Shown here: one piece after another, positions 36,745-47,008 of the stretch | Layout: each line of letters opens with the position of its first letter | Position numbering within the stretch: position 1 is the stretch's first letter | Assembly (NCBI GenBank): GCA_002424815.1 | Contig: DILB01000005.1 | Span: forward strand, 9,748-73,747 | DNA: 64,000 nt | Source: Bacillales bacterium UBA5603 | GTDB taxonomy: Bacteria; Bacillota_I; Bacilli_A; Izemoplasmatales; Hujiaoplasmataceae | Reading direction: 5' to 3' | Position numbers and translations under genes: made by a program | Notes under the pieces: model-generated | Database searches by the model: none | The model's input: only the letters and a program-made list of their open reading frames with translations | Told to the model about the DNA's origin: nothing

Positions 36745-37758
36745 ATGGCTAAAATTTTAGAAGTGAAAAATTTACGGACAACATTTTTTACCCACTTAGG
36801 TGAAGTTCAAGCGGTCAGAGGAATTAGTTTTGATCTTGAAGAAGGCGATATTCTTGGTATCGTTGGTGAATCAGGATCAGGTAAAAGCGTTACTTCATTA
36901 TCCATCATGGGGCTGGTTGATGAACCCGGTCGTATCGTTGAAGGGGAAGTCTTATTTGAAGGTTTGGATTTGACAAAATTGGATCAAAAAGAGATGTCTA
37001 ATTATCGTGGAAATGAAATTTCAATGATTTTCCAAGATCCGATGACCTCGATTAATCCAGCTTTTACCGTTGGCAATCAATTAAGAGAAGTTATCATGAC
37101 TCATACAGGCATGAACAAAGAACAAGCTCATCAAAGAGCGTTAGAACTCTTAACGATGGTGGGAATTCCTGAACCGGAAACACGGATAAAAAATCATCCT
37201 TATCAATTCTCAGGAGGTATGCGTCAAAGAGCTTTAATCTCCATGGCAATTGCCTGTAATCCTAAACTCTTGATAGCTGATGAACCGACCACCGCACTCG
37301 ATGTGACAATTCAAGCGCAAATCTTAGAGTTAATGCGAGATTTAAAAACAAAAATTAATACTTCAATTATTTTAATTACCCATGATTTAGGGGTTATTTC
37401 AGAAATATGCAATAAGGTTATTGTCATGTATGGTGGGATGATTATGGAAAAAGCTGATATCATTAGCTTGTTCGATAATCCTCAGCATCCTTACACGCGT
37501 GGATTAATGCTCTCTGTTCCCCGCAATGTAACAGGGAAGAAAGCTAGACTCATTCCCATCGAAGGATCACCACCCGATTTAATGGCACCACCTTCAGGAT
37601 GTCCTTTTTCACCGCGTTGCCAACATGCGATGGAAATATGTTTAAAAAAGGCAGCTCCACTCTTTAAGATATCCGATACTCAAGAAGCTTCTTGTTGGTT
37701 ACATCATCCCGATGCACCTGAAGTCAAGGGCTTTGTGAAAGTGGCAGGTGAAAAATAA
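36745..37758 (+). CDS. oppD: Oligopeptide ABC transporter ATP-binding protein
   Basis: Walker A 'GESGSGKS', signature 'FSGGMRQR', Walker B 'LLIADEPTTALD', and a C-terminal oligopeptide-type extension with CxxC residues. Confidence 0.9.
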   Translation: MAKILEVKNLRTTFFTHLGEVQAVRGISFDLEEGDILGIVGESGSGKSVTSLSIMGLVDEPGRIVEGEVLFEGLDLTKLDQKEMSNYRGNEISMIFQDPMTSINPAFTVGNQLREVIMTHTGMNKEQAHQRALELLTMVGIPEPETRIKNHPYQFSGGMRQRALISMAIACNPKLLIADEPTTALDVTIQAQILELMRDLKTKINTSIILITHDLGVISEICNKVIVMYGGMIMEKADIISLFDNPQHPYTRGLMLSVPRNVTGKKARLIPIEGSPPDLMAPPSGCPFSPRCQHAMEICLKKAAPLFKISDTQEASCWLHHPDAPEVKGFVKVAGEK

Positions 37759-38744
37759 TGGAAAATCGTATTCCGTTGTTAGAAGTAAAGAACCTTAAAA
37801 AGCACTTTATCACGGGCGTTTTGAAGAATCGCAAAGTATTAACAGCCGTTGATGGGATTGATTTTGTGATTTACAAAGGCGAAACTTTTGGACTCGTCGG
37901 TGAATCTGGATGTGGGAAAACGACGATTGGTAGAACAATTATTCGTCTTTATAATCCGACAGATGGGGAAATCTTAATTGATGGCATTGATATTGCAAAA
38001 ATGTCGGAAAAAGAACTTAAACCTTACCGTAAAAAGATGCAAATGATCTTCCAAGATCCGTATGCATCATTAAATAGCCGTATGACGGTAACTGATATCA
38101 TCGCAGAAGGTATTGATACGCATCATTTGCTTGAGGGTGATGCTAAACAAGAACGGATTTATGAATTGCTTGAAAAAGTCGGATTAAAAAGAGAACATGC
38201 GAGCCGATATCCTCATGAATTTTCCGGAGGTCAACGTCAACGCATTGGTATTGCTCGATCTTTAGCCGTTAATCCTGAATTAATTATTTGTGATGAACCA
38301 ATTTCAGCTCTTGACGTATCGATTCAAGCTCAAGTGGTCAATATGCTCGAAGATCTTCAAGACGAATTTCAACTGACTTATTTATTTATTGCGCACGATT
38401 TATCGATGGTACGGCATATCTCTGATCGTATTGGCGTCATGTATCTTGGTAAAATGATGGAAATTACCACCGCCGATGAACTTTATGAAAATGCTTTGCA
38501 TCCTTATACAAAATCGTTATTATCTGCAATTCCTATCCCTGATCCGAAATCTTCCATCCGCGATCGACGCGTTATTTTGAAGGGGGACGTGGGTTCCCCG
38601 ATTAACCCAAAACCGGGATGTCGCTTTGCATCACGTTGTCGTTATGCAAAATCGAATTGTTTCGAAGTTACACCCGAATTAAGAGAAATCAAAGAAGGTC
38701 ACTTTGCATCGTGTCATTACATCGAAGAAATTAATGGTATTTAG
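37758..38744 (+). CDS. oppF: Oligopeptide ABC transporter ATP-binding protein
   Basis: Walker A 'GESGCGKTT', 'FSGGQRQR', 'IICDEPISALD'. Overlapping start (ATAATGG). Confidence 0.9.
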   Translation: MENRIPLLEVKNLKKHFITGVLKNRKVLTAVDGIDFVIYKGETFGLVGESGCGKTTIGRTIIRLYNPTDGEILIDGIDIAKMSEKELKPYRKKMQMIFQDPYASLNSRMTVTDIIAEGIDTHHLLEGDAKQERIYELLEKVGLKREHASRYPHEFSGGQRQRIGIARSLAVNPELIICDEPISALDVSIQAQVVNMLEDLQDEFQLTYLFIAHDLSMVRHISDRIGVMYLGKMMEITTADELYENALHPYTKSLLSAIPIPDPKSSIRDRRVILKGDVGSPINPKPGCRFASRCRYAKSNCFEVTPELREIKEGHFASCHYIEEINGI

Positions 38745-38792
38745 CACCTTCGGGTGATTAAATAAAAAGATTAAGAAAATGGAGGAGAAGAA

Positions 38793-40529
38793 ATGAAGAA
38801 ATTGTTTTCTGTGTTTGTCGTATTCGCTCTTGTTTTTGGCTTCGCCGCTTGTACTGGCGATGTTGAGGGCAATACACTACGTTGGAACATCGGTGCTGAT
38901 CCACTAACCATCGATCCAACATTGAATGGAGCATCTGATGGTGGCGACGTCATCAATCAGACATTTGAAGGCCTTGTTCGCGAAATCAATGGTATTGTTT
39001 ATCCTGGTATCGCTGAATCTTGGGAAACTTCAACGGATGGTAAGACGGTCACATTCACTCTAAGAGAATCAAATTGGAGCGATGGAACGCCTCTAACAGC
39101 CGGCGACTTTGTTTACTCATGGTTACGTGGTATGGATCCATCAACCGCTAGTGAGTATTCATGGATTTGGGAATACACCAATGTTGTAGGTTCTGTAGAC
39201 TTAGTATATTGGACCGATGTATGTAACAATACAACGGAAGTATGCAATGTTTACGTTCAAGGCGCTTTGGTTGGTGCAGAGAATGCCGATGGTAAAGATG
39301 ATTCAACCGGTTTGACTTTAGCTGAAACCAAAGCTCTCGTTGGTGTCAAAGCGATTAACGACACAACTTTAGAAGTCAAATTAGTTAACCCAACCGCTTA
39401 TTTCGTCAGCTTAATGGCATTTTATCATTTCATGCCAACGAAAAAATCCGCTGTTGAAGCTGTGGGTGGCGAAGACGGACTTTGGGCAAAGAACCCCAAT
39501 CTCGTTGTTTCAAATGGACCATTCGTTTTAACACGTTATGTGGGCGGCGAAGGCTTGCGTTTGGAAAAGAATCAAGAATATTGGAATAAGAAAGAAGTTT
39601 ATCTCGCAGCAATCGAAGGCGAATTTGTCGATCTTGAAACGACAGCTTATGCTAAGTATAATGCCGGCGAATATGACTTTATCCCTTCTGTTCCTTCCGT
39701 CATGATTCCGACCCTTATTGCACTGAGCGATGAATTCTATGTTTATCCATTGCTTGGAACCTACTATTACAGTTTCAATCTTGAAAGAGTAGAATGGCAG
39801 AATGCTAAACTTCGTAAAGCGCTTGCTTTAGCAATTAACCGTCAAGCAATCTGCGATGCACTATCTGCCGGTCAACTACCAGCTGCTGGTTTTGTTCCAC
39901 CTGGATTCATTGATAATCAAGGTAAAGATTTTGCGGCTGAATCTGGCAATTATGGTATTGATCCAGGTGCTGGTTCTCAAGCACAAGCGGTTGCTTTGTT
40001 TGCTGAAGCGGCAGCTGATTTAGGTAAAACAGTTGCTGAATTAAAAACTTACTTAAACGGAAAAGTTATCCTTTATAACACTTCAGAAGGCCATAAGATG
40101 GTTGCTGAAATGGTTCAAGAAAACTGGAAATCCGTTTTGGGTGTTGAATTGACCTTGCAAAATCAAGAATGGGCAGTTTTCCAAAACACCAGAAAGAATG
40201 GCGATTTTGATATCGCTCGTGGTGGATGGTTAACAGACTTTATGGATCCTGCTGGTATGCTTGCTATTTTCACAACAGGTAATGCTTATAATGATCCAAA
40301 CTATGAAGTTGCTGCTTATGACACGTTGCTTGCTGAATCTCAATCAACAACCGATATGGCTGTTCACTTCCAAAAATTGTACGCTGCCAACGATATGTTG
40401 ATGGCCGCAATGCCTGTCATTCCCGTTTATTACTATTCGGATGTTATGATGGCTAAATCTTATTTGGTTAACTGGGGCCGTAGCGTATTAGGTTCTGTTG
40501 ACTTCACACATGCTAAACTAAATCGATAA
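38793..40529 (+). CDS. oppA: Peptide ABC transporter substrate-binding lipoprotein (family 5 SBP)
   Basis: Signal peptide plus lipobox 'FAACTGD'. About 578 aa. RBS GGAGGAG. Terminator at 40547-40577. Confidence 0.85.
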   Translation: MKKLFSVFVVFALVFGFAACTGDVEGNTLRWNIGADPLTIDPTLNGASDGGDVINQTFEGLVREINGIVYPGIAESWETSTDGKTVTFTLRESNWSDGTPLTAGDFVYSWLRGMDPSTASEYSWIWEYTNVVGSVDLVYWTDVCNNTTEVCNVYVQGALVGAENADGKDDSTGLTLAETKALVGVKAINDTTLEVKLVNPTAYFVSLMAFYHFMPTKKSAVEAVGGEDGLWAKNPNLVVSNGPFVLTRYVGGEGLRLEKNQEYWNKKEVYLAAIEGEFVDLETTAYAKYNAGEYDFIPSVPSVMIPTLIALSDEFYVYPLLGTYYYSFNLERVEWQNAKLRKALALAINRQAICDALSAGQLPAAGFVPPGFIDNQGKDFAAESGNYGIDPGAGSQAQAVALFAEAAADLGKTVAELKTYLNGKVILYNTSEGHKMVAEMVQENWKSVLGVELTLQNQEWAVFQNTRKNGDFDIARGGWLTDFMDPAGMLAIFTTGNAYNDPNYEVAAYDTLLAESQSTTDMAVHFQKLYAANDMLMAAMPVIPVYYYSDVMMAKSYLVNWGRSVLGSVDFTHAKLNR

Positions 40530-40546
40530 TTCATTTATTTTATTAA

Positions 40547-40577
40547 AACCACTTGAGTTCGCTCAAGTGGTTTTTTT
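40547..40577 (+). terminator. Rho-independent terminator of the opp operon
   Basis: AACCACTTGAG-TTCGC-TCAAGTGGTT followed by T7. Confidence 0.8.
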
Positions 40578-40682
40578 ATTATTTTTGGGATAAAATCCGA
40601 GGGAAAAATCAATTTTTATCTCATTAAGGTCAATAATATGATAAACTATTGATTAATGATATCGATCCATCGGAGGCTATTT

Positions 40683-42083
40683 ATGATTGAGAAAACCTTA
40701 CAAGAATTAATTTTCGAATTGCGAAATCACACGACAAACTCAGAGCAGTTAGTTAAAACATATTTATCGCAAATTGAACGGTATGATGGCATATTAAATG
40801 CTGTGGCTGAATTGAATGAAGAAGCGCTTAAAACGGCTCGTGCACTCGATAAAGAAGCGGCTGAAAAAGGTTTTCGAAGTTTATTGCACGGAATTCCACT
40901 TTTAATCAAGGATAATATTAACACGAGTGATTCCATGCACACGACCGCTAATTCTGAAGCATTAAGTGATTTAATAACCCCCTATGAAGCAACGATTGTT
41001 ACTAAACTACGTGATGCTGGCGCGATTATTCTAGGAAAAGCGAATCTATCAGAATTTGCTTATTTTATGAGTTTTGATAAAATGCCTTCAGGATACGGCT
41101 CACGCAACGGACAAGTCGTGAGTCCTTATCATTCCTCCATTGATCCCTTAGGATCTTCAACAGGATCTGCCGTTGCCGTTGCGGCAAACATGATTCCTGT
41201 GGCAATTGGAACCGAAACGAATGGCTCATTGATGGCCCCGGCTTATCAAAATTCCATTGTTTCCATAAAACCCACTTTTGGGAGGGTTTCGCGGTATGGA
41301 ATCATTCCGATTTCAGTGTATCAAGATACCGCAGGACCCATGGCAAAAACCGTTGCGGATTGTGCTATTTTACTTGATATTATCCAAGGGGGCGACCCTT
41401 TAGATCCAATGACGCAGGATGAACCTGCTAATGCTTTATCGCTTTCGGATGCTTTTAAACTTGATGTGAGTGGCAGAAAAGTTGGAATCGTGACTTTGTC
41501 AGGTTATCAGTATGACGAAGAAGAATTAGCCATACTAAATGATGCAAAAGAACATTTAATAAAACTTGGAATTGAAATCGAAGAGATCGCTTTTGAATCG
41601 CATTCCATGCCCAACACAAAGTCGATGCTCTATGAGTTTAAAAACGGATTAAATAACTATCTTGAATCGGTCAAAGGTTATACGAAAATGACATCTTTAG
41701 CAGATATCATCGCTTATAATACCGCTCATTCTGAAAAATGTTTACGCTATGGTCAAAGTATTCTAGAAGCTGCTGAAAAAACCTCTGGTGATTTAAATGA
41801 TCCGGAATATCTGAAAATAAGAGAAGCGTTATTGGTCGAAGCCAATCGTTTTGAAACGCTCATGAAAGAAAGAAACTTGGATGCGCTAATATCAACCATT
41901 TGGACCTCCTATGCGCCAATTGCTGGGAACCCATCGATTTGCGTTCCAGCAAAAGCCTTGGTTGACTTAAAGCCACGATCGCTCATTTTTGTTGGTAAGA
42001 AATGGGATGATGCACGTTTGATTTCAATTGCACATGCTTATGAACAAGCAACACGATATCGCATACCCCCTAAATTAGACTGA
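40683..42083 (+). CDS. Amidase-signature (AS) family amidohydrolase
   Basis: 'GSSTGSAVAVAA' region (GGSS[GS]G-type AS motif) and a catalytic Ser-cisSer-Lys context. Start at ATG 40683 after RBS GGAGG. Confidence 0.8.
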   Translation: MIEKTLQELIFELRNHTTNSEQLVKTYLSQIERYDGILNAVAELNEEALKTARALDKEAAEKGFRSLLHGIPLLIKDNINTSDSMHTTANSEALSDLITPYEATIVTKLRDAGAIILGKANLSEFAYFMSFDKMPSGYGSRNGQVVSPYHSSIDPLGSSTGSAVAVAANMIPVAIGTETNGSLMAPAYQNSIVSIKPTFGRVSRYGIIPISVYQDTAGPMAKTVADCAILLDIIQGGDPLDPMTQDEPANALSLSDAFKLDVSGRKVGIVTLSGYQYDEEELAILNDAKEHLIKLGIEIEEIAFESHSMPNTKSMLYEFKNGLNNYLESVKGYTKMTSLADIIAYNTAHSEKCLRYGQSILEAAEKTSGDLNDPEYLKIREALLVEANRFETLMKERNLDALISTIWTSYAPIAGNPSICVPAKALVDLKPRSLIFVGKKWDDARLISIAHAYEQATRYRIPPKLD

Positions 42084-42094
42084 GAGGTAACATC

Positions 42095-42415
42095 ATGAAT
42101 CCATGCAAAATGTGTGGTCGACCTGTGGCTGAGTCGTTTCAATTTTGTCCTTATTGTGGCGAAAAAATGACACCACGAACATTCCAAAATCATCAATCTC
42201 ATTCCTTAAAATCCGAACAAGATTCGACGGCTCGACGTCTCATTGCGACCCTGCTACTCATTTTTTATTTTCCACTTGGATTGCCTTATATGTGGATAAT
42301 GAAACCCTTTAGTAAAAAAACGCGCTGGATTATTTCACTGGCCTTTCTTAGCGCAATCCTTTTAGGATTTACGATGATTATCATTTGGACAACTTTACCG
42401 GGATATTCACACTAA
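42095..42415 (+). CDS. Zinc-ribbon domain membrane protein
   Basis: 'CKMCGRPV...CPYCGEK' double CxxC zinc ribbon, then two TM helices. RBS GAGAGG. Confidence 0.55.
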   Translation: MNPCKMCGRPVAESFQFCPYCGEKMTPRTFQNHQSHSLKSEQDSTARRLIATLLLIFYFPLGLPYMWIMKPFSKKTRWIISLAFLSAILLGFTMIIIWTTLPGYSH

Positions 42416-42550
42416 AATAATGTAAAAATCACATCTAATAATATTTACGTTTGATGTAATCAGTAGTATAATAGCATTTGTTATGAAGTAAATATATTTT
42501 TGATAATTCGATAGAAGGAGGACGTTATCTTAGATAACGATATAATTCCG

Positions 42551-44500
42551 ATGATCAAATATACACGATTTATTTTACTGGGACTTTTTACGATTGCTTT
42601 GATATTAATTATTACATTATTCATGGGAAGCACCATCAAGATCTCCAATTATGAAGCCGTGATTACCCTCAACGAACAAGGCGATATGAATGTCGTTGAA
42701 CGTTGGGACATGACCTATAATGAAGTTTTAAGTGTTCGTTTTCGGGACATTAAATTTAATAAATACGGCGCAGGATATCCCTTAGAGATTTCTGTTCAAA
42801 ACACAGCTGATTTTGATGAAAATCAGGTGTCGATTCGTGTATTTCAAGAAGGAATCGATATCACCAATCAAGTTCGTTTAGGATATTCATTTTTAGGCGA
42901 TCGAGATGAACTTGGGTATCTGATTACTTGTGAACCGGCGAGTTCATCCTGTGAATCTTTATTTGTGGATTTTACAAATGTTGGTGGATTGTTTGGTAAT
43001 ATCACTTTTGAGTACGAATATAATATATTAGGGGCTATCACGAGTTATTCGGATATTGCCGAGTTGAACTGGCGTTTATTTGATTATATGGAAGCTGATA
43101 TCGAACAAGCCAGTGTCGAAGTTCATTTTCCAAGCAACACTTATTCGGTTGAAGATATTTATGTTTGGGGCCATGGTTTATCCAAAGGAACCATCGAAAT
43201 TGTTGCCAATGATTTCGTAAAAATGACCATCGATAAGATTAAGAAAACGGAGTTTCTTGAATTCCGAATTTTAGCACCAACCTCCTTATTTCCTGACATT
43301 GCGACAAAAAATATCTTTATTAATCCGAATATGAATTTGCAACGACTCATCGATTATGAGTCAAATCTTGCCATTGAAACCAACCGTCGAATTACCATCG
43401 CAAGCATTGTCTTAGGCAGTGCGGTAGCAACGATGGTGGGAATGATTATTATAACAATAAACGTTTACCGTAAGTACGACAAAGAATACACCCCTGATTT
43501 CCAAGGTGATTATTATCGTGAATTACCTAGCGATGAAACGCCGGCTGAAATGAGTTATCTCTATTACATGCAAAAAATCAATGACGAAGATTTTACCGCA
43601 ACCATCTTAGATTTGGTCCGTCGTAAATTCATACGTTTAGACTATCAAGGGACTGAACTGACCTCAAAAGATGCCGATTTCACCTTGACTTTCATTCCTG
43701 AAACCAATCAATCCTCCCTTTTGCCACATGAACAGCATCTTTTAAAATGGATTTTTAATGTTATTGGCAATAATAAACAAGTGACAACTCAACAAATTGA
43801 GAATTACGGCAAAGGGAACGTTACGAAAGCGGAAAGATTCCAATCAGAAGCAAGGAATTTTGTGCGTTTAGCTAAAAAAGCAGGCGAAAAACGACATTAT
43901 TTCGAAGAAGGATTGTCTGCGAATAAAAGTAAAGTGATGGGTTTTGTAATCATACCTGTCTTCGTGTTCTTGATTGCTTTATATACTCGGACCAATTATT
44001 ACTTAGATAATATGCTTGCCCTGATACTGATGGCTGTGACCATCGTATCTTATGGAATTTATATCGCTTCAATAAAAAAACGCAGTCGAAGTGGCAATGA
44101 ATCTTATGCAAAATGGAAGGCGTTTCGCAATTTCTTGCTTGATTTTGGCAATATGAAAGATTATCCGATGCCCGGTATCATCGTTTGGGAACATTATTTA
44201 GTTTATGCAACTTCTTTAAAGATTGCGGATACGGTGATGGAACAACTGAAAGTAAGATTGCCTGAAGTATCCACAGATGCATCGGAAGGAACATTCTTAA
44301 GTACCGGATATCGTTCTCGTGGTTTTTATTATGGATATGCTTTGGGTCGAGTTCAACGCTCATTTACCACAGCTAAGACAAACTCATTTCAAACCATTGC
44401 AGCTCACAACGCCCAAAAGGTCAGTTCTGGCGGTCGCGGTGGAGGCTTTGGTGGTGGAAGTTCGTTTGGTGGCGGTGGAGGAGGCGGCAGAAGCCGCTAA
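42551..44500 (+). CDS. DUF2207-family membrane protein with C-terminal glycine-rich tail
   Basis: N-terminal signal/TM, a large extracytoplasmic domain, 3 TM, and a C-terminal 'GGRGGGFGGGSSFGGGGGGGRS'. TATAAT lies 5 nt upstream of the ATG, suggesting a possibly leaderless transcript. Confidence 0.65.
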   Translation: MIKYTRFILLGLFTIALILIITLFMGSTIKISNYEAVITLNEQGDMNVVERWDMTYNEVLSVRFRDIKFNKYGAGYPLEISVQNTADFDENQVSIRVFQEGIDITNQVRLGYSFLGDRDELGYLITCEPASSSCESLFVDFTNVGGLFGNITFEYEYNILGAITSYSDIAELNWRLFDYMEADIEQASVEVHFPSNTYSVEDIYVWGHGLSKGTIEIVANDFVKMTIDKIKKTEFLEFRILAPTSLFPDIATKNIFINPNMNLQRLIDYESNLAIETNRRITIASIVLGSAVATMVGMIIITINVYRKYDKEYTPDFQGDYYRELPSDETPAEMSYLYYMQKINDEDFTATILDLVRRKFIRLDYQGTELTSKDADFTLTFIPETNQSSLLPHEQHLLKWIFNVIGNNKQVTTQQIENYGKGNVTKAERFQSEARNFVRLAKKAGEKRHYFEEGLSANKSKVMGFVIIPVFVFLIALYTRTNYYLDNMLALILMAVTIVSYGIYIASIKKRSRSGNESYAKWKAFRNFLLDFGNMKDYPMPGIIVWEHYLVYATSLKIADTVMEQLKVRLPEVSTDASEGTFLSTGYRSRGFYYGYALGRVQRSFTTAKTNSFQTIAAHNAQKVSSGGRGGGFGGGSSFGGGGGGGRSR

Positions 44501-44522
44501 TAGATAGAAGGGAGATTAAAAT

Positions 44523-45107
44523 ATGTTCTTTTTAGCAACAGGTACCACGACAATTATTATTATTTTAGTATTATTGGTTGTCATCATCGGTTTTGTCATT
44601 AGTGTCTACAATCAACTTGTCGTACTTCGAAACAAAGTTAAAAATAGTTGGAGTCAAATCGATGTTCAATTAAAGCGTCGCTTTGATATGATTCCAAACC
44701 TTGTCGAAACCGTCAAAGGTTACGCGAAGCACGAAGAATCAATCTTCGGTGAGTTTGCCAAAGCGAGAGGTCTTTATGCACAATCGCAACAAACCGGGGA
44801 TGTCGCAAAAGCTGCTGAAGCTGAAAAAGGAGTGGCTGGCGCCCTCAGTCGTCTTTTAATGGTTCAGGAACAATATCCCGAACTTAAAGCGAATGAGAAT
44901 TTCAAGGAATTGATGGCACAGTTGAAAGATACCGAAGATAAAATTGCTTACGGTCGTCAATTTTACAATGATACAGCTTTGAAATTTAACAACAAAAAAG
45001 AAGTATTTCCAACCAACATTATCGCAAATCTATTTAAGTTTGAAAGTGCAGTTTTCTTCGAAGTTACCGACGATTCAGAACGTCAAGCAGTTAAAGTTAA
45101 ATTTTAA
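44523..45107 (+). CDS. lemA: LemA-family protein
   Basis: N-terminal TM then 'YNQLVVLRNKVKNSWSQIDVQLKRRFDMIPNLVETVKGYAKHEE', a LemA signature. RBS AAGGGAGA. Confidence 0.85.
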   Translation: MFFLATGTTTIIIILVLLVVIIGFVISVYNQLVVLRNKVKNSWSQIDVQLKRRFDMIPNLVETVKGYAKHEESIFGEFAKARGLYAQSQQTGDVAKAAEAEKGVAGALSRLLMVQEQYPELKANENFKELMAQLKDTEDKIAYGRQFYNDTALKFNNKKEVFPTNIIANLFKFESAVFFEVTDDSERQAVKVKF

Positions 45108-45111
45108 TTAA

Positions 45112-45146
45112 AAAAACAATCGGGAAAAAATCTCGATTGTTTTATT
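45112..45146. terminator. Bidirectional terminator between convergent genes
   Basis: AAACAATCGGGA-loop-TCTCGATTGTTT flanked by A and T runs. Confidence 0.65.
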
Positions 45147-45169
45147 TATAAACTTATTAAAAAAATTGG

Positions 45170-45535
45170 TTAAGTGCTGCATCCTGAAAAAGCTAACATA
45201 ATGATTGCAGTATACAAGACAATAGCGCTTATCGGAGATAATAGCATTGAAATAATCGAACGAAAGATTTTTATGTCAGTTTTTTGTCGCTTGATTTTTA
45301 TACGAAAATAAAATAAGCGATAAATACCGTAAATAAAATGAATGGCATGAGAATAAAGTAATATTAATGCCCCTTCAACAATAATGGCTGGCGCAGGGAA
45401 AGTAAATTTCAAGGCAATATAACCAAAAGCAAGTAAAATAATAGACATAATAACCATGACCCATGTCAAATGGAAGTATAGCATTTCGCTTTTCTTAAAC
45501 CGTTCTATCATTGATGAATTGTTCAAAAAAATCAC
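45170..45535 (-). CDS. Small hydrophobic membrane protein (start uncertain; possibly TTG at 45526)
   Basis: 3-4 TM helices. RBS AAGAGGTGA overlaps the ORF-track start. Confidence 0.4.
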   Translation of the reverse strand: MIFLNNSSMIERFKKSEMLYFHLTWVMVIMSIILLAFGYIALKFTFPAPAIIVEGALILLYSHAIHFIYGIYRLFYFRIKIKRQKTDIKIFRSIISMLLSPISAIVLYTAIIMLAFSGCST

Positions 45536-45708
45536 CTCTTAATTTCATTGTATAGAACGAATATATTTAATGCAAACGAAGTGATAATTTTTTTGATAAG
45601 ACCCATTTAACGTAGTCAAAAAGCGATGATTATTCGTAAAAACGGAAAATTTAAAGTATAATAGTATTAGGAAATCTATTTTATAAATACTTGTGAATGG
45701 AGATTAAT

Positions 45709-46890
45709 ATGTCAAATTATTCTCAACTTGAAGATTCTAAGCGTTGGTCACTTTTAGATCAATTTATGGAACAATATTTAAAAACGGACGATCGTGTATC
45801 AATGTATCGCAGCTATGAGTATTTATTAAAGCAGGTTCAACCCATCGATTTATTTCACGTATCAATGTACCATAACGATACAAATTTATCGGTTGATGAC
45901 ATTCGCGAAAATGCAGGACGTTTCGTCAATTTGTTTTACCATGGACTCACCGCTTATCAGTGGAACCGTGAAATCTCTTCTTTGATGATTTTATTGTTGG
46001 AAGAAAATCAAAAAATCAAAGATCGCCTCGAACTGTTAAAAAAAGCACTTGATCCTCGATTAATCGCAAGCAAATATGAAGCATTAATCGCTTTTTTCGA
46101 ATCGATGGTCGAACTTGAAAAAAAGTTTATCAAGATGCAAAATATCCTCTTCCCAGTTTTGGAAGTGCTCGTGCCGAGTAAAACCCCATTTAAAGTGCTT
46201 TGGAGTATCCATGATGACTTAAATCATATGCGTCAGAATATTTTAAAACACTTACAGAGTGCTTCTTTGAATTGGGACGTTTTGAAAGTCGAGATTGGCG
46301 AATATTATTATCAATTATATGCTTTGATGCAAAAAGAAGAGTTAATCATTTTTCCAATAGCCTCTGAGAAAATTTCTATCAAACAATGGTCTGAGATGGA
46401 AGTATCGGCTCAAAGTATTGGTTATGCTTTTTTAAATATTAATAAACAGCATTCATTTGTAGAGCAATCGTTTATCAAAGAAGGCATCATTCATACAACT
46501 TCTGGAGATTTGACCTTTGAACAATTTGAGTTGATTATGGGGCACTTGCCGATATCTTTGACATATGTCGATGAATTTGATCAAGTCCGATATTTTAATC
46601 AAACAAAACACCGACATTTTCCAAGAACGCCACAAGTTATCGGACGTTTAGTGAAAGATTGTCATCCTGAGAAAAGTGTGCATATTGTCGAAAAAATTAT
46701 TCGTGAATTCAAATCTGGAAATCGCCAAGAAGCGGTATTTTGGATTAATTTTAAAAATGCAATTCTATTAATCACCTATTACCCCATCAAAGATTCTTTT
46801 GGACATTATAAAGGGGTATTAGAAGTGACCCAAGACATAACTTCAATCAAGAAAATCCAAGGAGAAAAACGATTACTTGATTGGGAATAG
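45709..46890 (+). CDS. DUF438-domain protein (hemerythrin-like N-terminal region plus DUF438/PAS-like C-terminal region)
   Basis: C-terminal 'FPRTPQVIGRLVKDCHPEKSVHIVEKIIREFKSG' is the characteristic DUF438 block. ATG 45709 with RBS GGAGA. Confidence 0.6.
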   Translation: MSNYSQLEDSKRWSLLDQFMEQYLKTDDRVSMYRSYEYLLKQVQPIDLFHVSMYHNDTNLSVDDIRENAGRFVNLFYHGLTAYQWNREISSLMILLLEENQKIKDRLELLKKALDPRLIASKYEALIAFFESMVELEKKFIKMQNILFPVLEVLVPSKTPFKVLWSIHDDLNHMRQNILKHLQSASLNWDVLKVEIGEYYYQLYALMQKEELIIFPIASEKISIKQWSEMEVSAQSIGYAFLNINKQHSFVEQSFIKEGIIHTTSGDLTFEQFELIMGHLPISLTYVDEFDQVRYFNQTKHRHFPRTPQVIGRLVKDCHPEKSVHIVEKIIREFKSGNRQEAVFWINFKNAILLITYYPIKDSFGHYKGVLEVTQDITSIKKIQGEKRLLDWE

Positions 46891-47008
46891 TATTTATTAG
46901 TCAATCATAGTTTAATATAATATTTATATTCCTAATAAGGTTGTCTCATAATTCCATATAGAGTATAATGGTTATAATAAAAATATTGAGGAAGGGGATG
47001 AGGAACCA

